From Chrysochromulina tobinii (Eukaryota), in NCBI GenBank assembly GCA_001275005.1, contig JWZX01003024.1, positions 1 through 32,550 on the forward strand: DNA of 32,550 bases, written 5' to 3'. The notes under the pieces are model-generated. The model had not been told where the DNA came from. It saw nothing but the letters and a program-made list of their open reading frames with translations, and searched no databases. Position numbers and translations under genes: made by a program. Shown here in pieces: positions 30,059 to 32,550 of the stretch. Position 1 is the stretch's first letter. The number at the start of each line of letters is the position of its first letter.

Positions 30059-31201
30059 TCACTCGGCTACATCGGCACACTGCGGCTGCAGGACAGCGAG
30101 CACGTTGCGAACCTCAGCCGAATATGCTTGAGCAGCGGCTTCGGCGCCCGCCGCTGTGGCGGCCGCGGCAGCCCCTCGAAGAAGCTCGAGGAGCGCGGGC
30201 CAATGCGTGGGTACACACGTGCGCGTGACTGCGAGCGCCGCCTGCCAGAGCGGTAGCGAGTTGGCCTGTGAGCGCTGCGCGCCGCTCATCATCATCACCT
30301 TGGCGAGCCGCAAGCGAGCCTGCAGCAGCATGGCGTGGCCCTCTCCAAGCACGCCGCTGACAAGCTGCAACAGTTGCGCATAGTGCGCCGCCGCCTGCAT
30401 GAAGAGCTGCTTCGGCGCCGCCGTATCACTCTCGCCGTGTGCGCGCGCTGCGGAGTTCCAGGCTGCGTCGGCCGCCGAGTTGCGCGCCGAGAGCTCCCGC
30501 TCGAGCTGTGCGCGCCGCGGGTCCGAGGGCGCCGGAGCTGTGGGTGCCCATGCCTCGAGGGGGCCGTCCGCAGCGCGAGCGTCCGGGCCGAAGCCGTGGT
30601 GGGCCAGAGCGGCGGCTCGCTCCGCGGCACCACACGCGAGGTCCTCGACGTATGAAATTCGGACCTCCTCGCCCGCGCGAATATCGCGAACGGCGCGGAT
30701 GCAGCAGCACAATGCCCCGTCCGCGCGTCGGCGAAACCCCATATGCGTCGCGTTTGGGGTGCAGCTATGGTTGATCATCGATGCGCGAACACACAGTGCC
30801 TGGTGCCCAAGCAGTTCCAGTGCATTTCTCTGCACCACGTGCAATAAGCGCAAGAGCTCACGGTCATCGACGGTCGCGGAAGCTGGAGTGCGCCGTCGCA
30901 TCTCGGCCACGGCATCTGTCGCTTGATCCAGAACGAGGCCGTCGGCTGTTTGGGGCTCCAGCGCTCGCGTGAGCCCATGCACTGTACTGTCAACGAGGAG
31001 AGCCGCTGCAAGTAACGCCGAGGTCAGCATCGGGTCCTGCTGCATATCCAAGCTGCTCAAATTCATCGAGGCCAGCGCGACCTCGCACAGAATTGGCGCG
31101 CCAGCACGGATATCGACGGCCGCTGCAACGCCTCGACCGCATCCCTCGACCTCGATAACTTTCGTGGTCGCTGGCGAGGGCCAAGAGGCCGGCGGTGCCA
31201 T
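30059..31201 (-). CDS. SET-domain protein (SMYD-like split SET, no MYND) with a helical TPR-like C-terminus, ~380 aa
   Basis: GRGVAAAVDIRAGAPILCE, SMINHSCTPN and AVRDIRAGEEVRISY motifs. Start taken at the ATG at 31201. Confidence 0.85.
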   Translation of the reverse strand: MAPPASWPSPATTKVIEVEGCGRGVAAAVDIRAGAPILCEVALASMNLSSLDMQQDPMLTSALLAAALLVDSTVHGLTRALEPQTADGLVLDQATDAVAEMRRRTPASATVDDRELLRLLHVVQRNALELLGHQALCVRASMINHSCTPNATHMGFRRRADGALCCCIRAVRDIRAGEEVRISYVEDLACGAAERAAALAHHGFGPDARAADGPLEAWAPTAPAPSDPRRAQLERELSARNSAADAAWNSAARAHGESDTAAPKQLFMQAAAHYAQLLQLVSGVLGEGHAMLLQARLRLAKVMMMSGAQRSQANSLPLWQAALAVTRTCVPTHWPALLELLRGAAAAATAAGAEAAAQAYSAEVRNVLAVLQPQCADVAE

Positions 31202-31434
31202 CGAGGGCTGACCGATTTTGTACTGGGCCGTCTGGCGGAAGCCGAGCGAGTACGCGCGCGCGCGCCGCGCGTTGTTCGGTGCGCGCAACGCGCGACTTTT
31301 CAGACCGGCGCCAGCCGGCGCCGAGGACCCGAGGAGCGAGGTGTGAAGCGCGCTCAGAGGTGTTCGCTTCGCGCGTCTCGTGTGTGTATTTTTTACAGTG
31401 TCCTACTTCCTCATGGACGTTCTGGCACTCTCCT

Positions 31435-32178
31435 TTACCGCATCGTGTGCCGATGATCATCGATCAACGTCTGTGCGCGCGCGCTCAGCCTCTTGCACTC
31501 GATCACGAGCGCGTCGAACTCGGCCGAGCCCTGGAGCGTCCCGAGCTGCGGCTCCTGACCGCCCGCCGCTGCCCTGCCGCCTGCTTTGCATCCGGGACCC
31601 GCGTCGCCCCAGTCAAAGTTTTTAAGCCATGGCTCTGGCTCGGCGAAGGAGAGCTGACTGAGTGCGTTCCCAGCCTCGTTGGGCAGCGCAGCGTCCGCAA
31701 GCACAATGCGCTCGCCGTCGAGCGTCTGAAGGCGTGGCAGCATGCGGCGCACCGCGGTGCGGTACGCCGGGTGCTCGCATATGGGGTTGCGTTCCTCACC
31801 GCCCCGGACTTGTAGCTGAAATTGTCGCAGGCACGACAATGCTGTGAGGCACTGCACGTCATCAAGGTTGGAGATACGGTTGCCCTGCAGCTGCAACGTC
31901 TCGAGCGCGTCGAGCATCTCGAGACCCTCGATACGCGCGATCTCATTGTTGGAAAGCACCAGTTTCTTCAGAGACTCGAGCCCGTGCAGGCCCTCGATGC
32001 GCTCCAAGCGGTTCCCGGAAAGGTCAAGCTCTGTCAGGCTCGGTACGAGGTCCATGTTCGTGATGCGGCGGATGCCCATGCACGGCATGGATAGCTTGAA
32101 GCAGAGGGACAGGTCGAACTGCTTGCTCGCCGCCTTGATTGACGCCTCGTCAAGCACACACTCGCGTTCCTTGGGCAT
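31435..32178 (-). CDS. Leucine-rich repeat protein (SDS22-type LRRs with LRRcap), LRRC61-like, 247 aa
   Basis: LTELDLSGNRL, LKKLVLSNNEI and LETLQLQGNRI repeats; cap NPICEHPAYRTAVRRMLPRLQTLDGERI. Size, N-terminal QFDL segment and C-terminal helix (FDALVIEC) resemble LRRC61 as I recall it. Confidence 0.85.
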   Translation of the reverse strand: MPKERECVLDEASIKAASKQFDLSLCFKLSMPCMGIRRITNMDLVPSLTELDLSGNRLERIEGLHGLESLKKLVLSNNEIARIEGLEMLDALETLQLQGNRISNLDDVQCLTALSCLRQFQLQVRGGEERNPICEHPAYRTAVRRMLPRLQTLDGERIVLADAALPNEAGNALSQLSFAEPEPWLKNFDWGDAGPGCKAGGRAAAGGQEPQLGTLQGSAEFDALVIECKRLSARAQTLIDDHRHTMR

Positions 32179-32550
32179 GGCGGCGTAGGAGGTGGCGCGG
32201 CCGTTGACTCAAGATGCGTACAGTTCGGGACGACGCTCCACAGCGCCCTTTTTGGGCATGTCGGCACCCCTCCCTGCCCATCTGACGTCGCCGCTGCTCG
32301 CGACGCGCACCTGCTGACTCCGCTGCCCGCCGCTTTTGCGCCATCCGCCGCGTCTCGACGTCGGAGAGCATTGGCTTCCTTTTCGCTCCCCGTGTGACCC
32401 CGCGTGTGTCTCTCATACCGCGAGGAGCGCAGGTCCCGACCACCCTCGTGTGCCGCCGCCGTGGATCCTAAGGCGCAGATCGCACTTCTCGCGGTGCGCC
32501 GAGCGCCATCTGTCGAGGGCACACGAGGTGAACAACGGTGCGCCGCGTTT

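Noticed and set aside
9865..32178. A functional 'flagellar gene cluster' (SHIPPO, MORN, LRR, coiled coils)
   Set aside because: These genes are interspersed with unrelated housekeeping genes and belong to large families, so chance co-location is sufficient.
1..32550. tRNA, rRNA, snRNA, SECIS elements or selenoprotein read-through
   Set aside because: No cloverleaf or conserved snRNA/rRNA motif was recognised by eye, and no in-frame TGA sits at a catalytic position (the thioredoxin has WCGPC). A covariance-model scan was not possible.

Overview
Gene-dense, GC-rich eukaryotic nuclear DNA with spliceosomal introns, not prokaryotic. Two genes (sufC, thioredoxin) carry signal-peptide plus Phe presequences typical of complex red-plastid algae, so a haptophyte is the most likely source (inference). 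About 17 protein-coding genes can be supported. They are SufC, a 3-exon myosin, a TVP15/COPI-associated membrane protein, plastid thioredoxin, a SHIPPO/PGP-repeat protein, a SPRY plus coiled-coil protein, a second coiled-coil protein, eIF2D/ligatin, an M14 carboxypeptidase, a MORN-repeat protein, three hypothetical proteins, an ACAA2-like thiolase, a SET protein and an LRRC61-like protein. Many sit in tight head-to-head pairs. Most notable: (1) the myosin has a myosin-VI-like head, a long insert between converter and IQ like the 'reverse gear' of myosin VI, an SAH lever and an unrecognised Trp/His-rich tail domain; (2) eIF2D carries two tandem SAM-like domains inserted in its SWIB domain; (3) at least two genes show single-base frameshifts, which may be assembly errors or real lesions. 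No rRNA, tRNA, CRISPR array or transposase was recognised. Family calls come from motif recognition only; no searches were run.
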